A DNA stretch of 64,000 nucleotides from a bacterium (GCA_963692865.2 OY843592.1:2400001-2464000); one strand, 5' to 3'. Positions 28,553 to 38,174 are shown, counted from the first letter of the stretch. Notes: generated from the letters alone by a model not told the origin. Numbers and translations are program-made.

Positions 28553-29818
28553 TTATATGCGCGTGATCTTGTTCGTCATGTCGATCAGGCTGTCGAGATT
28601 GTGAGCGGCCAGGAATTCGTCGCAATAGGGCAGGGCCGTTCTCATTCCTCTATCGATGGGGCGGTAGCCGGGGCTGCCCAGCAAGGGATTGAGCCAGAAG
28701 AGTTTGTAGCAGATTTTCTTGAGACGGTTCATTTCCTCCGCCAGCGTGTCCGTGTCGCCCCGGTCCCAGCCGTCCGATATGATGATGACGATGGTGCGGC
28801 TGTTCAGGATGGTTCTTCCGTACTCATAGTTAAAAGTCTTGAGGCAATTGCCGATCTGCGTGCCGCCGCTCCAGTCGTGCACTTCCATGGAGAGGCGCTT
28901 GAGGGCGGTGTTCACGTCCTTATGCCGCAGATACGGCGTGGCGTCTGAAAGACGCGTACTGAAGACGAACGTGCGCAGGGATTTGATCTCGTTCTGCAGG
29001 CTGTAGAGAAACTGAATCAGGAACTGGCTGTAACTGTCCATCGACCCTGATACGTCGCAGATGAGCACGATCTGGGTTTTTTGTATCTTTCTCCTCCGGC
29101 GGAAGAGTTTCAGCACCTCGCCGCCCGAGCGGACGCTTTTCTTGACGCTTCGCCTCATGTCGATTTCAGGGGAGCGCATGTCGGGCCGTTTGCGGCGGCT
29201 GATCTTGGTGGCGAGTTTGGGGACGAGCTTCGCGATGAGACGCCTGAGTTCGGCGACCTGGTCCATGTTCAGCGAAGAAAAATCCTTGTCCGATATGACT
29301 TCGGCGGGGCTGTAGGAGGGCACGCCTTCGTCGTCGTCTCCCTGCTCGCCGGGTTCTGCGGCGCTTTCCACGTCGTCTTCCGACGGGAGCCCCGGGTTTT
29401 CCTGTCCTTCGCCCTCGGCGTCGGATTCACCTTCTTCCGAAGAGCCGCCCCCTTCGCTGGCCTGCCCTTCGCCTTCTTCTTCGAACTGTGTATCGACCTG
29501 CACCGACTCGTCGCCCGTGTAGGGATTCCCCTCCTCGTCGAACCAGTATTGCCGGAACACGGCGTCGAAGACCATGCTCTCGTCCTGGCTCGATATGAGG
29601 TTCGACTTGCTGGCGATGTAGATGTTGTCGAGATTCGTGGCTTCGAGCGAATCGAAGCAGCGGAATACGTCTATGATGCGTCCCGAAGTGATTTTGAGGC
29701 CCGCGCGCCTGAGGATGCGGCAAAAGCCGATCATCTCGCCTTTGAGGCCCCGTCCCTTAATGCGGATCCTGCGTTTGGGAAGCGTGCCCTGGACGATGGG
29801 ACGAATGGAGGTCGCCAT
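28553..29818 (-). CDS. coxE: VWA domain protein, CoxE family
   Basis: 'CDVSGSM' MIDAS, 'FSTRL', 'WSGGTQIG', 'ISDGWDRG', 'WLNPL'. Confidence 0.9.
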   Translation of the reverse strand: MATSIRPIVQGTLPKRRIRIKGRGLKGEMIGFCRILRRAGLKITSGRIIDVFRCFDSLEATNLDNIYIASKSNLISSQDESMVFDAVFRQYWFDEEGNPYTGDESVQVDTQFEEEGEGQASEGGGSSEEGESDAEGEGQENPGLPSEDDVESAAEPGEQGDDDEGVPSYSPAEVISDKDFSSLNMDQVAELRRLIAKLVPKLATKISRRKRPDMRSPEIDMRRSVKKSVRSGGEVLKLFRRRRKIQKTQIVLICDVSGSMDSYSQFLIQFLYSLQNEIKSLRTFVFSTRLSDATPYLRHKDVNTALKRLSMEVHDWSGGTQIGNCLKTFNYEYGRTILNSRTIVIIISDGWDRGDTDTLAEEMNRLKKICYKLFWLNPLLGSPGYRPIDRGMRTALPYCDEFLAAHNLDSLIDMTNKITRI

Positions 29819-29830
29819 GAAATTCCCGGA

Positions 29831-30781
29831 TCAGGCGTCGGGCGAGAGTTGCGCCGTCGCTACCATGCCGTCGAGGCCGTCGTTCTCTACGCGTTTGATG
29901 TCGTCCTGGTATTTCAGTATGCAGCCTATGGTCTCTCGCACGGCGTCGGCGTCGAGCTCGTTGCGGTGCAACGCGAGAAGGGCCTGCGCCCAGTCGAGCG
30001 ATTCGGCCACGCCGGGGCGCTTGTAGAAATCCATCTGCCTCGCCTGGGTCATGAAGCGCGAGATTTGCTCCGCCAGCCTCTCGCTGACCCCGGGCACCTT
30101 CGTCGTGATGATTTCCACCTCTTTCTCGAAGGAAGGGTAGTCGACCCACAGATAGAGACAACGACGCTTGAGAGCGTCGTGAATTTCGCGCGTCCGGTTG
30201 CTGGTGAGCACCACGAGAGGCTTGCTGGCCGCCTGGACGGTTCCCATCTCGGGAATCGTTATCTGGTAGTCGGAGAGGATTTCGAGCAGGAACGCCTCGA
30301 ACTCCTCATCCGAGCGGTCGATTTCGTCGATGAGCAGGACCACCGGCTTCTCCTTCGAGCGCAAAAGCGCGCGGAGCAGGGGCCGTTCTATGAGGTATTC
30401 CTCACTGAAGATATCCCGCTCGATTTCCTTCGCGTCCGAATCCCGGCCTTCTTCCATCTTGATGTGGAGGAGTTGTTTCGCGTAGTTCCACTCGTAGAGC
30501 GCCGAGTTCGCGTCGAGACCCTCGTAGCATTGCAGTCGGATGAGTTCCGTACCTATCGCGCTGGCGAGCACCTTGGCGAGTTCCGTCTTGCCGACGCCCG
30601 CTTCACCTTCGAGGAAAAGAGGTTTCTCCAGTTTCGTGGCCAGGAAGAGGGTGGTCGCCAGGGTTCTGTCGGAGATGTAGTCGAGCTTTCGGAACGACTC
30701 CTGAACGTCTTCGACGTTCGTGAATCCCTGCTCGGAGCCTTTTTTCTTCTTGGTGGAATTCGATGAGGCGGTCACGGTCAT
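29831..30781 (-). CDS. coxD: MoxR-type AAA+ ATPase, CoxD family
   Basis: 'LEGEAGVGKTE', 'RLQCYEGLD', 'LLIDEIDRSD', 'TSNRTREIHDALKRRC'. Confidence 0.92.
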   Translation of the reverse strand: MTVTASSNSTKKKKGSEQGFTNVEDVQESFRKLDYISDRTLATTLFLATKLEKPLFLEGEAGVGKTELAKVLASAIGTELIRLQCYEGLDANSALYEWNYAKQLLHIKMEEGRDSDAKEIERDIFSEEYLIERPLLRALLRSKEKPVVLLIDEIDRSDEEFEAFLLEILSDYQITIPEMGTVQAASKPLVVLTSNRTREIHDALKRRCLYLWVDYPSFEKEVEIITTKVPGVSERLAEQISRFMTQARQMDFYKRPGVAESLDWAQALLALHRNELDADAVRETIGCILKYQDDIKRVENDGLDGMVATAQLSPDA

Positions 30782-31326
30782 TTACCTTTTCCTTTCTTCG
30801 AGGAAAGTTCTCCAGCCGCGGCCTCGATAGCGTCGATAATCTTCACGTAGCCGGTGCAACGGCAAAGATTGCCCGCGATGCCAGCCTTGATTTCGTGTCG
30901 GCTGGGGTTCGGGTTGTTGTCGAGCAATTCTTTCGCGGCGACGATCATACCGGGGGTGCAGAAACCGCACTGAATGGCGCCGTGCTCGATGAATTTCACT
31001 TGTATCGGATGGAGGTTGTCCACCGTTCCAATGCCCTTGACGGTGGTGATCTCACGCCCTTGCGCCTGAACGCCGAGCGCGCAGCATGCGTTCATCGCCA
31101 GACCATCCAGAAGAATCGTACATGCGCCGCAATCGCCCGCCTCGCAGCCGTTCTTCACTTCGGTGAAACCCAGGTCGCGCAGCAGATACAGCAGACTGGT
31201 GTGCGCGGGCGCTTCGGCGTTGACTTCCTGTCCGTTCACCGAGAAGGAAATGGGCAGCTTCTTGGGCGGCACGTATGCGGGTGCGCTCGATTTTCCGGTT
31301 CGTTTGGATTTGCTCGCTGTAGCCAT
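30778..31326 (-). CDS. Molybdenum hydroxylase 2x[2Fe-2S] small subunit (CoxS/CutS family)
   Basis: 'GCEAGDCGACT', 'QCGFCTPG', 'GNLCRCTGY'. Confidence 0.95.
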   Translation of the reverse strand: MATASKSKRTGKSSAPAYVPPKKLPISFSVNGQEVNAEAPAHTSLLYLLRDLGFTEVKNGCEAGDCGACTILLDGLAMNACCALGVQAQGREITTVKGIGTVDNLHPIQVKFIEHGAIQCGFCTPGMIVAAKELLDNNPNPSRHEIKAGIAGNLCRCTGYVKIIDAIEAAAGELSSKKGKGK

Positions 31327-31371
31327 CTTCAAGTGTTCTCCAATGAAATACTCAAGAGACGATGAAGTCTT

Positions 31372-32238
31372 TTATTCGTTGTCCTGTGAAATATCCAGCG
31401 CCTGGCAAATGAGGCGGCGCGGCAAGACCTCGCACATCAGTTTGCGGTACTCAGCCGATGCGCGGATGTCGTCAATCGGCGTCGCCACGGCGGCGCAGGC
31501 CTCAGCGGCCTTCTGGGCCAGTTCTATGTCCACTGCGTTGCCTTCTAGGATTTTCTCGGCTTCATAACAGCGGATTGGAGCCGCCGTAACGGAGCCCAGC
31601 GAAATTCCCGCTTCCTCCACCTTCTTGCGTCTCATCTTCAGCACGACCGCCACGCCCACCACGGTGATGGCCATGGCGTTTCGGCGGGCCAGCTTGTAAT
31701 AGCCCCATTTGTGGCTCCTGCCGGGGGAGGGGAAGGTCACGGCGGTTATCAACTCATTGGACCGGATGGCCGTCTGGCGATATCCGGTGAGGAATTTATC
31801 GAGGTCGACCGTCCGCCTGCCTTTTTCGCTCGCGAGCCTCACCTTGGCCTTCAAGGCGAGCAGGGGAGGAACGGCGTCCGCCGCAGGGCCGCCGTCGATG
31901 ATGTTGCCGGCCACCGTGGCGCGGTTGCGAATGATAGGCCCTGCGAATTTTTCCGACATCGCCGCCAGAATGGGCGCTTCTTTCAAGATGATCTTGTCGG
32001 TCAGAAGATCCGTCATGGTCGCGAGAGCGCCCAGTTTGATTTGGCCCTTCGAGGAGGATATCCCCTGCAGGGAGGAAACTCTCATCAGGTCGATGACGAC
32101 TTTGGCCGGCCCGTCGTGCTGGTGCCTGAGATCGGGAAGGAAATTGGTGCCTCCGGCGATGAATTTCGTGCTTCTTCCTTTTGCCGCTTTTAGGGTGGCC
32201 GATATGGTCGTCGGCGCCACGAAGTCAAAACCACGCAT
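31372..32238 (-). CDS. Molybdenum hydroxylase FAD-binding medium subunit (CoxM/CutM family)
   Basis: 'IAGGTN', 'IRNRATVAGN', 'PIDDIRASAEYR'. Confidence 0.93.
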   Translation of the reverse strand: MRGFDFVAPTTISATLKAAKGRSTKFIAGGTNFLPDLRHQHDGPAKVVIDLMRVSSLQGISSSKGQIKLGALATMTDLLTDKIILKEAPILAAMSEKFAGPIIRNRATVAGNIIDGGPAADAVPPLLALKAKVRLASEKGRRTVDLDKFLTGYRQTAIRSNELITAVTFPSPGRSHKWGYYKLARRNAMAITVVGVAVVLKMRRKKVEEAGISLGSVTAAPIRCYEAEKILEGNAVDIELAQKAAEACAAVATPIDDIRASAEYRKLMCEVLPRRLICQALDISQDNE

Positions 32239-32536
32239 AGACGGAAACTCTCCTCAAATCATCTGAAATAGAACCTGTCAAAACCTGCAATGAAAACTGA
32301 AAACGAAGCCGAATCATACCCGACAGAAGGGGACAAGGAAAACGCTTTGAGTGATCTGGCCGTCCGGCGTCCCCGGTGAACCGGCTGAGCAAGCGACTCT
32401 CACTCTCAAACGGGCGAGCCTACCCTACCAACTACCCCGCTTTCCCGTCAAGCGAAACGGCCCTTGCGGGTTAATTTGCGCAAAGCGTAAGATTCGCTGT
32501 AAAAGTAGCATTTTTCAACGTTTGAAGGTATTTCGC

Positions 32537-33949
32537 ATGAACGAGACGAGCCAAGCCGTGGACAGCGTAAGCGTGAAGCCCATGCGCCTCGCCCTGACGA
32601 ATCTGGGCTGCAAGCTCAACCACGCCGAGGGCGAAGCCATGAAGCACCTTTGCGCCCGGGCCGGATATGATCTCGTTCCTTTCAGCGCGGAGGCGGACGT
32701 ATACGTCGTCAACAGCTGTACGGTCACGGCGGAGGCCGACCGGGAGGGCAGACGCCTGGCGCGCCGGGCGCGGCGGACGGGCGGCCCGGACGCCCGGGTC
32801 GTCATTGCGGGATGCTCTGCCCAGGCGAACGCGGAGAAGATGCTGATCCCCGAAGCCGATCTCCTGCTCGGGAACAAGGAAAAACTGAGGCTCCCGGATG
32901 AACTGACGAAGCCTTTCCAGAGAGATGAAAAACCCGAAATGCGGATTTCTCCCATCGAGGAGAGCCTCGATATCGAGAACGTCGCCCTGCCGCAGTTCGG
33001 CAGCCGCACACGGGCCTACCTCAAGGTGCAGGACGGGTGCAACTTTTCCTGCTCGTTTTGCGCGACGACCATCGCGCGTGGAGCGAGCCGCTCGCTGGAT
33101 GTGGATTCATGCGTGGAACATGCCGACACCCTGCTATCGGGTGGGCATGAGGAGTTGGTGCTCACGGGGATTCACCTCGGCGCATACGGCAGGGACGCGA
33201 AGCCTCGAAGCACTCTCAGCCGTCTGGTGAGCCGGCTGCTGGAGATAGAGAGAAATTTCCGCCTCAGGCTCTCCTCCGTGGAGCCGGGGGAATTCACGCG
33301 CGAACTCATCCGCGTCGCGGCGAGCGAGGCGTACGGTGCGGGTCGGTCGAACGGGGGAAGCTACGTCTGCCGCCACTTCCACATACCCGTTCAGAGCGGG
33401 GACGATCACACCCTCGCGGCGATGAACCGCAACTACACCGCCGCGCGGTGCGCGAGCCGCTTCGATGAAATCGCGAGGAAAATAGACGGGGTCTGTCTCG
33501 GCGGAGACTTCATCGTCGGGTTCCCCGGCGAGAGCAGAGAGGCGTTCGAGCGAACCATGGAATGGGTGCGGGAATCGCCTCTCGCGTATCTGCACGTTTT
33601 CCCTTATTCGCCGCGCGAGGGGACGGCGGCCATCGAAATGCAGGGGCAAATTCCAAAAACCGAGCAGAAAGCCCGCGCGCGCGCCTTGCAGGAGTTGGGG
33701 CGCAGGAAATGGGCGGCGTTCGTCTCCTCGCAAACGGGGAGAGAGACGGACGTTTTGTTCGAGAGCCGCCGCGCGGAAGACGGCCTGCTCAGCGGCTTGT
33801 CGGACAACTACGTCCGCGTGCTGGCCTCCGGTCCCGATGAATGGATAGGCCGCACGGTTCCGGTGCGACTCGCGTCCTTGCCCGAGAAGAACGGATTTTC
33901 CCGCATCGCCGCAAGGTCGGACGCCTTATGGGGGGAGGGTGCATTATGA
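32537..33949 (+). CDS. mtaB: tRNA t6A37 methylthiotransferase MtaB (radical SAM)
   Basis: 'NLGCKLNHAE', 'VNSCTVT', 'IAGCSAQ', 'RTRAYLKVQDGCNFSCSFC', 'HVFPYSPREGT', TRAM-like 'GLSDNY'. Confidence 0.93.
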   Translation: MNETSQAVDSVSVKPMRLALTNLGCKLNHAEGEAMKHLCARAGYDLVPFSAEADVYVVNSCTVTAEADREGRRLARRARRTGGPDARVVIAGCSAQANAEKMLIPEADLLLGNKEKLRLPDELTKPFQRDEKPEMRISPIEESLDIENVALPQFGSRTRAYLKVQDGCNFSCSFCATTIARGASRSLDVDSCVEHADTLLSGGHEELVLTGIHLGAYGRDAKPRSTLSRLVSRLLEIERNFRLRLSSVEPGEFTRELIRVAASEAYGAGRSNGGSYVCRHFHIPVQSGDDHTLAAMNRNYTAARCASRFDEIARKIDGVCLGGDFIVGFPGESREAFERTMEWVRESPLAYLHVFPYSPREGTAAIEMQGQIPKTEQKARARALQELGRRKWAAFVSSQTGRETDVLFESRRAEDGLLSGLSDNYVRVLASGPDEWIGRTVPVRLASLPEKNGFSRIAARSDALWGEGAL

Positions 33950-34833
33950 CGGACGAGAGTTCGCGCCCGAATCCTTTTCACGAGGGCGCTCCCGACTTTG
34001 AAGGAGAAAGCGGCGCGCAACCGATCGTCACGCTCCTCACGGATTTCGGTAGTGACGAACACTATACGGGGGTGATGAAGGGCGTTGTGCTGGCGATAAA
34101 CCCGATGGTCCGGCTCGTGGACATCACGCATTCCATCAGACCCTACGATGTAAGGGGCGCATCGCTGATTCTGGGTTCTTCGGCGCATTACTTCCCGCGC
34201 GGGACGATTCACGTGGCGGTCGTGGACCCCGGCGTCGGAAGCAACCGCAGGGGAATCATCGCCGCCACCGAAAACTACTATTTCGTGGGGCCGGACAACG
34301 GCCTGTTTTCCTGCGTGTATGACGACCCGCTCTACATGTGGACGCGAGAACTCGAAGAAGATGCGTTTTTTCTGAACGAGGTGAGTTCGACCTTCCACGG
34401 CAGGGATATTTTCGCCCCCGTCGCGGGACATCTCTCCTACGGGGCTCCGCCCGAGGATTTCGGCTCCGTCATTACGGATCCGGTTCGTTTTGATTTCCCC
34501 GAGGTGGAGTTCGAGGACGCCGACACCATCACCGGCGAGGTCATTTACGTCGATCACTACGGAAACCTGGTAACGAACATCGACACCACGACGTTCTGGC
34601 GTTTCGAGTTCGGAGAGGACGACGCGGCGCATCTGCCGATCATCGAAATCGGCGGCCATGTGATCAACGGGGTGAGCGAATACTACCTGGCGGTCAAGGC
34701 GGGCGACCTCGGGGCGCAGTTCAACAGCTGGACGCGACTCGAGATATTCTTGCCCGAAGGAAACGCCGCGCGATTCCTGGGAGCGGGGGTCGGCGAGAAG
34801 GTGAAGGTGCATATGGAGCACATGAAGATATAG
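33946..34833 (+). CDS. SAM hydroxide adenosyltransferase (DUF62; chlorinase/fluorinase superfamily)
   Basis: 'TLLTDFG', 'VVDPGVGSNRR', 'GPDNGL', 'STFHGRDIFAP', 'VDHYGN'; ATGA overlap with mtaB. Confidence 0.92.
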   Translation: MTDESSRPNPFHEGAPDFEGESGAQPIVTLLTDFGSDEHYTGVMKGVVLAINPMVRLVDITHSIRPYDVRGASLILGSSAHYFPRGTIHVAVVDPGVGSNRRGIIAATENYYFVGPDNGLFSCVYDDPLYMWTRELEEDAFFLNEVSSTFHGRDIFAPVAGHLSYGAPPEDFGSVITDPVRFDFPEVEFEDADTITGEVIYVDHYGNLVTNIDTTTFWRFEFGEDDAAHLPIIEIGGHVINGVSEYYLAVKAGDLGAQFNSWTRLEIFLPEGNAARFLGAGVGEKVKVHMEHMKI

Positions 34834-34891
34834 CGACGCCCACGTATTGTCGGGATTCATACAATGGTGATGGAGACGAAGGAGGGAGATA

Positions 34892-35524
34892 ATGGATAAC
34901 GCCCCCGTACGGTTCACGGTATACAGCGATTTTTTGTGACCCTGGTGCTTCAATTCGGCCGTGCGCCTGAAGAAGATAAAGGAAGAATATGGCGATAAGG
35001 TGAACATTCAGTACAGGGTCTTCATGTTGAGGCCCGAACCGGACCCTGCGGCGGTGTTTAACGACTACCGCAGAAACCACTGGACGAACGCGAACTCACA
35101 GCCCGATTCGGGCGATTTTACCTTGTGGGAGAGCGAAGAAGAGTTCCCGAACTGCTCGATGCCGTCTGCGGAAGCGGGGCTGGCGGCGAGGTTTCAGGGT
35201 CCCGAGGAATGGGAAAAGTTCCACGATAATCTTCTGGCCGCGTTTTTCACGGAGAACCGCAACATTTCGGACCCCGAAGTGGTAAGCGACGTGGCCGAGA
35301 AAAGCGGCCTGGACATGGACAGGTACCGCGACACTCTCGAAAGCGGGGGCTTGAAGGAAAAGGCCGTCAAGGAGTATATGGAGGCCACGAATATAGGCAT
35401 CACGGGCATTCCCTCCGTCGTCGTGAACGACCGCGCAGTAATGGTCGGCGCGGTGCCGGCGGAACAATATCGATACGTTATCGACAGCATCCTGGAAACC
35501 GGTGAGTTGCCCGTCGCGGACTGA
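34892..35524 (+). CDS. DsbA/FrnE-family thiol-disulfide oxidoreductase, probable selenoprotein (in-frame UGA at 34937-34939)
   Basis: AAGGAGGGAG RBS, ATG 34892; MDNAPVRFTVYSDFL-(TGA)-PWCFNSAVRL... in frame with ORF 34961-35524; cis-Pro loop 'GITGIPS' and 'GAVP'. Confidence 0.85.
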
Positions 35525-35565
35525 GCTTGGTCCATGGGTGCTAGAGGAAACAAGGAGTCTCCCCT

Positions 35566-36561
35566 CTGAATCTCTCTGAACTCAAAGGCTGCATAACCGA
35601 CGTTCCGGGCTTTTATCTGGGCCACGCGCAAGACGAGGCGGCCAAAACGGGCGTCTCAGTGGTGCTGTGCCCTCCCGGCGCCGTCGGGGCATGCGAGTTG
35701 CGCGGCACGGCGACGGCCACGCGCGGCATGGACGCCCTGCGCGCCGAGCACCTCGTCGGTGGCGTGGACGCGGTCGTTCTGACGGGAGGCAGCGCATTCG
35801 GCCTCGCCTCGGCAGACGGTGTCATGGTCTTCCTCGAAGAGCAGGGCAGGGGGTTTCCCACCGGCCGCTTCAACGTGCCCACGGTCGCCGCCGGCGTGCT
35901 GTTCGACCTGCATTTCGGCGACGGCCGAGTGCGCCCGGACGCCTCGATGGGGCGCGCCGCATGCGAGGCGGCCTCGAACGAAGAAGGCCTCCAGGGGAGC
36001 GTGGGAGCGGGAGCAGGCGCCACGATCGGGAAACTCTTCGGCCAGGAGCGCGCGATGAAGGGCGGCCTCGGCACGGCGAGCGTGAGGCTGCCGGGGAGCG
36101 GCGTAGTAGGCGCCGTCGCCGCGGTGAACGCCTTTGGCGGCGTGTATGAGCCGGGGACGGGAAAACCTATCGCAGGTCCCAGGGCGATACCTCCCGAACG
36201 GGGCATCGTGGATACGGAAGAACACCTGAGAATCCACGGGAGGCCTTTCGAGGGATTCTCCAACACTTCCGAGAACACGACGCTCGTGGCCGTAGCGACG
36301 AACGTCCGCTTGACGAAAACCGAAACGCACAAACTCGCCCAACTTGCTACGAACGGACTCATTCGCACCGTTCGCCCCTCCTACACGACTGTGGATGGAG
36401 ACATGGTCTTCGCCCTCTCCTGCGGGGAGCGCGAAGCGGCGCTGGACGTTGTGGGGGCGGCGGCGATAGGGGCCGTCGGCCAAGCGATTTGCCGCGCCGT
36501 GATGGAGGCCGACGGCGGAGGAATCATTCCCGCCTGGCGCGACCTGCCTGCATCGCAATGA
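35566..36561 (+). CDS. P1/S58 (DmpA-like) peptidase
   Basis: 'ITDVPGFYLGHA...TGVSV' lies upstream of the called ORF; 'LTGGSAFGL', 'GSVGAGAGA', 'KGGLG', 'NTTL', 'DGD'; probable CTG start. Confidence 0.88.
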   Translation: MNLSELKGCITDVPGFYLGHAQDEAAKTGVSVVLCPPGAVGACELRGTATATRGMDALRAEHLVGGVDAVVLTGGSAFGLASADGVMVFLEEQGRGFPTGRFNVPTVAAGVLFDLHFGDGRVRPDASMGRAACEAASNEEGLQGSVGAGAGATIGKLFGQERAMKGGLGTASVRLPGSGVVGAVAAVNAFGGVYEPGTGKPIAGPRAIPPERGIVDTEEHLRIHGRPFEGFSNTSENTTLVAVATNVRLTKTETHKLAQLATNGLIRTVRPSYTTVDGDMVFALSCGEREAALDVVGAAAIGAVGQAICRAVMEADGGGIIPAWRDLPASQ

Positions 36562-37763
36562 ACTCTCAGGCGCAAAAACCGGCCTGGAGGCTCGGGGATT
36601 ATTTCGATCTGAGCATCATCGGCATGACCCACGGGTTGAGCGACGGGTTCTCGAACATGCTCGTTCCCGTTCTCGCACTGATCGTCCTCGACCTCGGGCT
36701 CTCGCCCCTCGAAGTGGGGGCTTTGCTCAGCACTTTTAGCCTGGGACAGATGATCTTCCAGTACCCGCTTTCCATACTGGCGGACAATACGGGCAGACGA
36801 AAGCAGATACTCCTGGCGGGCATGGGTCTCTCCGCGGCGTCTTTCATCTCCATGATCTGGATAAACGGCTTTTTGCCCTTGTGCGTTCTGGCGTTCTTCG
36901 CAGGCATGGGGAATTCCGTCTATCACCCGTGCGGAACGGCCCTGGCGGCGCGCCGTTTCGAACGCGACCGCGCGTTCGCCATTTCGTGGCACAGCCTGGG
37001 GGGCAACGTGGGGACCAGCATTTTCCCGCTGGTTCAGGCGGCCGTGGCGGCGATGGCCGGCTGGCGCGCGGCGATCGGGGCCTGCGCGGCGCCTGCTGTG
37101 GTGCTGCTTCCTCTAGTCAACGCCCGGTTCAAGGAAGAAAAGAGCGAAGGCGGACATGAAGTAGAAAACCCCAGAGATTTAAGTATTCTGTCCATTCTCC
37201 GGCGGGTCGTCGCGAACAGGAACACGGTATGGCTGGCGGTCATCTACACCTTCAGAAGCCTGTGCACCAAGGGGGCAATCGGTTTTCTCCCCTTGCTCGC
37301 GACGTCGAAACTGGGGATGAACACGGCGCAAATCGGCGTGGCCGTATCGCTTCACTACGGCTTCGGCATGTTGTCCAAACCCATGATGGGAATACTATAC
37401 GACCGCTGGGGCGCGCGTGCCGCCTTGTTCTGGCCTCTCCTGTTGCTGGGAGCCTTCGCTTTCGCCCTGCCCTTCATGGAATGGGAAATGGGTTTTTTCA
37501 TTCTCGCGGCCCTGACGGGCGTCGTCGGGTTCGTGAGCCCGATCATCCTCACGGCGACGGCCGATTATTCGGAAAAAGACATTCTGACCTCATCCGTCGG
37601 CTTCATCTACGCCTGTCACGGCCTGGATTTTCTCGCCCCTCTGATTGGGGGCTGGCTCGCCGAGCAGATGAATCTGGACGCGAGCTACATGTTTTTCGCG
37701 ATCATGAGCTGGCTGGGCGTTTCGGCGTCCATGCGCCTGGCGAGAAAACCTGAAAAACAATAA
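36558..37763 (+). CDS. MFS transporter
   Basis: About 12 TM, 'LADNTGRRK' and 'LYDRWG' loop motifs, 'GNSVYHP'. Confidence 0.9.
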   Translation: MNSQAQKPAWRLGDYFDLSIIGMTHGLSDGFSNMLVPVLALIVLDLGLSPLEVGALLSTFSLGQMIFQYPLSILADNTGRRKQILLAGMGLSAASFISMIWINGFLPLCVLAFFAGMGNSVYHPCGTALAARRFERDRAFAISWHSLGGNVGTSIFPLVQAAVAAMAGWRAAIGACAAPAVVLLPLVNARFKEEKSEGGHEVENPRDLSILSILRRVVANRNTVWLAVIYTFRSLCTKGAIGFLPLLATSKLGMNTAQIGVAVSLHYGFGMLSKPMMGILYDRWGARAALFWPLLLLGAFAFALPFMEWEMGFFILAALTGVVGFVSPIILTATADYSEKDILTSSVGFIYACHGLDFLAPLIGGWLAEQMNLDASYMFFAIMSWLGVSASMRLARKPEKQ

Positions 37764-37781
37764 CCAGAGAAAGGAGACGAA

Positions 37782-38174
37782 ATGGCGCGAGAGTATTTCA
37801 AGGGAACCTGGCAGCAGGATCGCTCGTTTTCGCCCGCGGTGAAGACGAAAGGCGGCGAGCATGTATGGCTGGCCGGCGTGGGGGCGTGGCGCGATGAGCG
37901 GGGCAACGTGCTGGCGGGAGATTTCGACGCGCAGGTGCACGCCACGTTCCGCCAGATAGAGCGCACCCTGGAGCGGGCGGGCGGAAAGCTTCAGGACATC
38001 GTGACGATGACGGTCTATATTCTCGACGGGGCAAACGGGGACAGGTTCGTCGAGCTCAGAAAGCAGTATTTTCCGGATGGATATCCCGGCAGCGCGCTGA
38101 TTACGGCGGCGGGCTTCGCAAAGCCGGAGATGATGGTCGAGATACAGGCCATCGCCGTCATCGGCGAGGAATAG
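37782..38174 (+). CDS. RidA/YjgF/UK114-family protein
   Basis: 'FSPAVK', 'DIVTMTVY', 'MVEIQAIA'; has 'PGSAL' where catalytic RidA has 'PARS'. Confidence 0.88.
   Translation: MAREYFKGTWQQDRSFSPAVKTKGGEHVWLAGVGAWRDERGNVLAGDFDAQVHATFRQIERTLERAGGKLQDIVTMTVYILDGANGDRFVELRKQYFPDGYPGSALITAAGFAKPEMMVEIQAIAVIGEE

Noticed and set aside
28553-32238. Aerobic CO dehydrogenase operon
   Set aside because: No large subunit here, so substrate cannot be assigned.
33946-34833. Fluorinase/chlorinase (halogenase)
   Set aside because: Has the Asp-Arg-His signature with 'TFHGRD' typical of DUF62 SAM hydrolases, and no biosynthetic cluster context.
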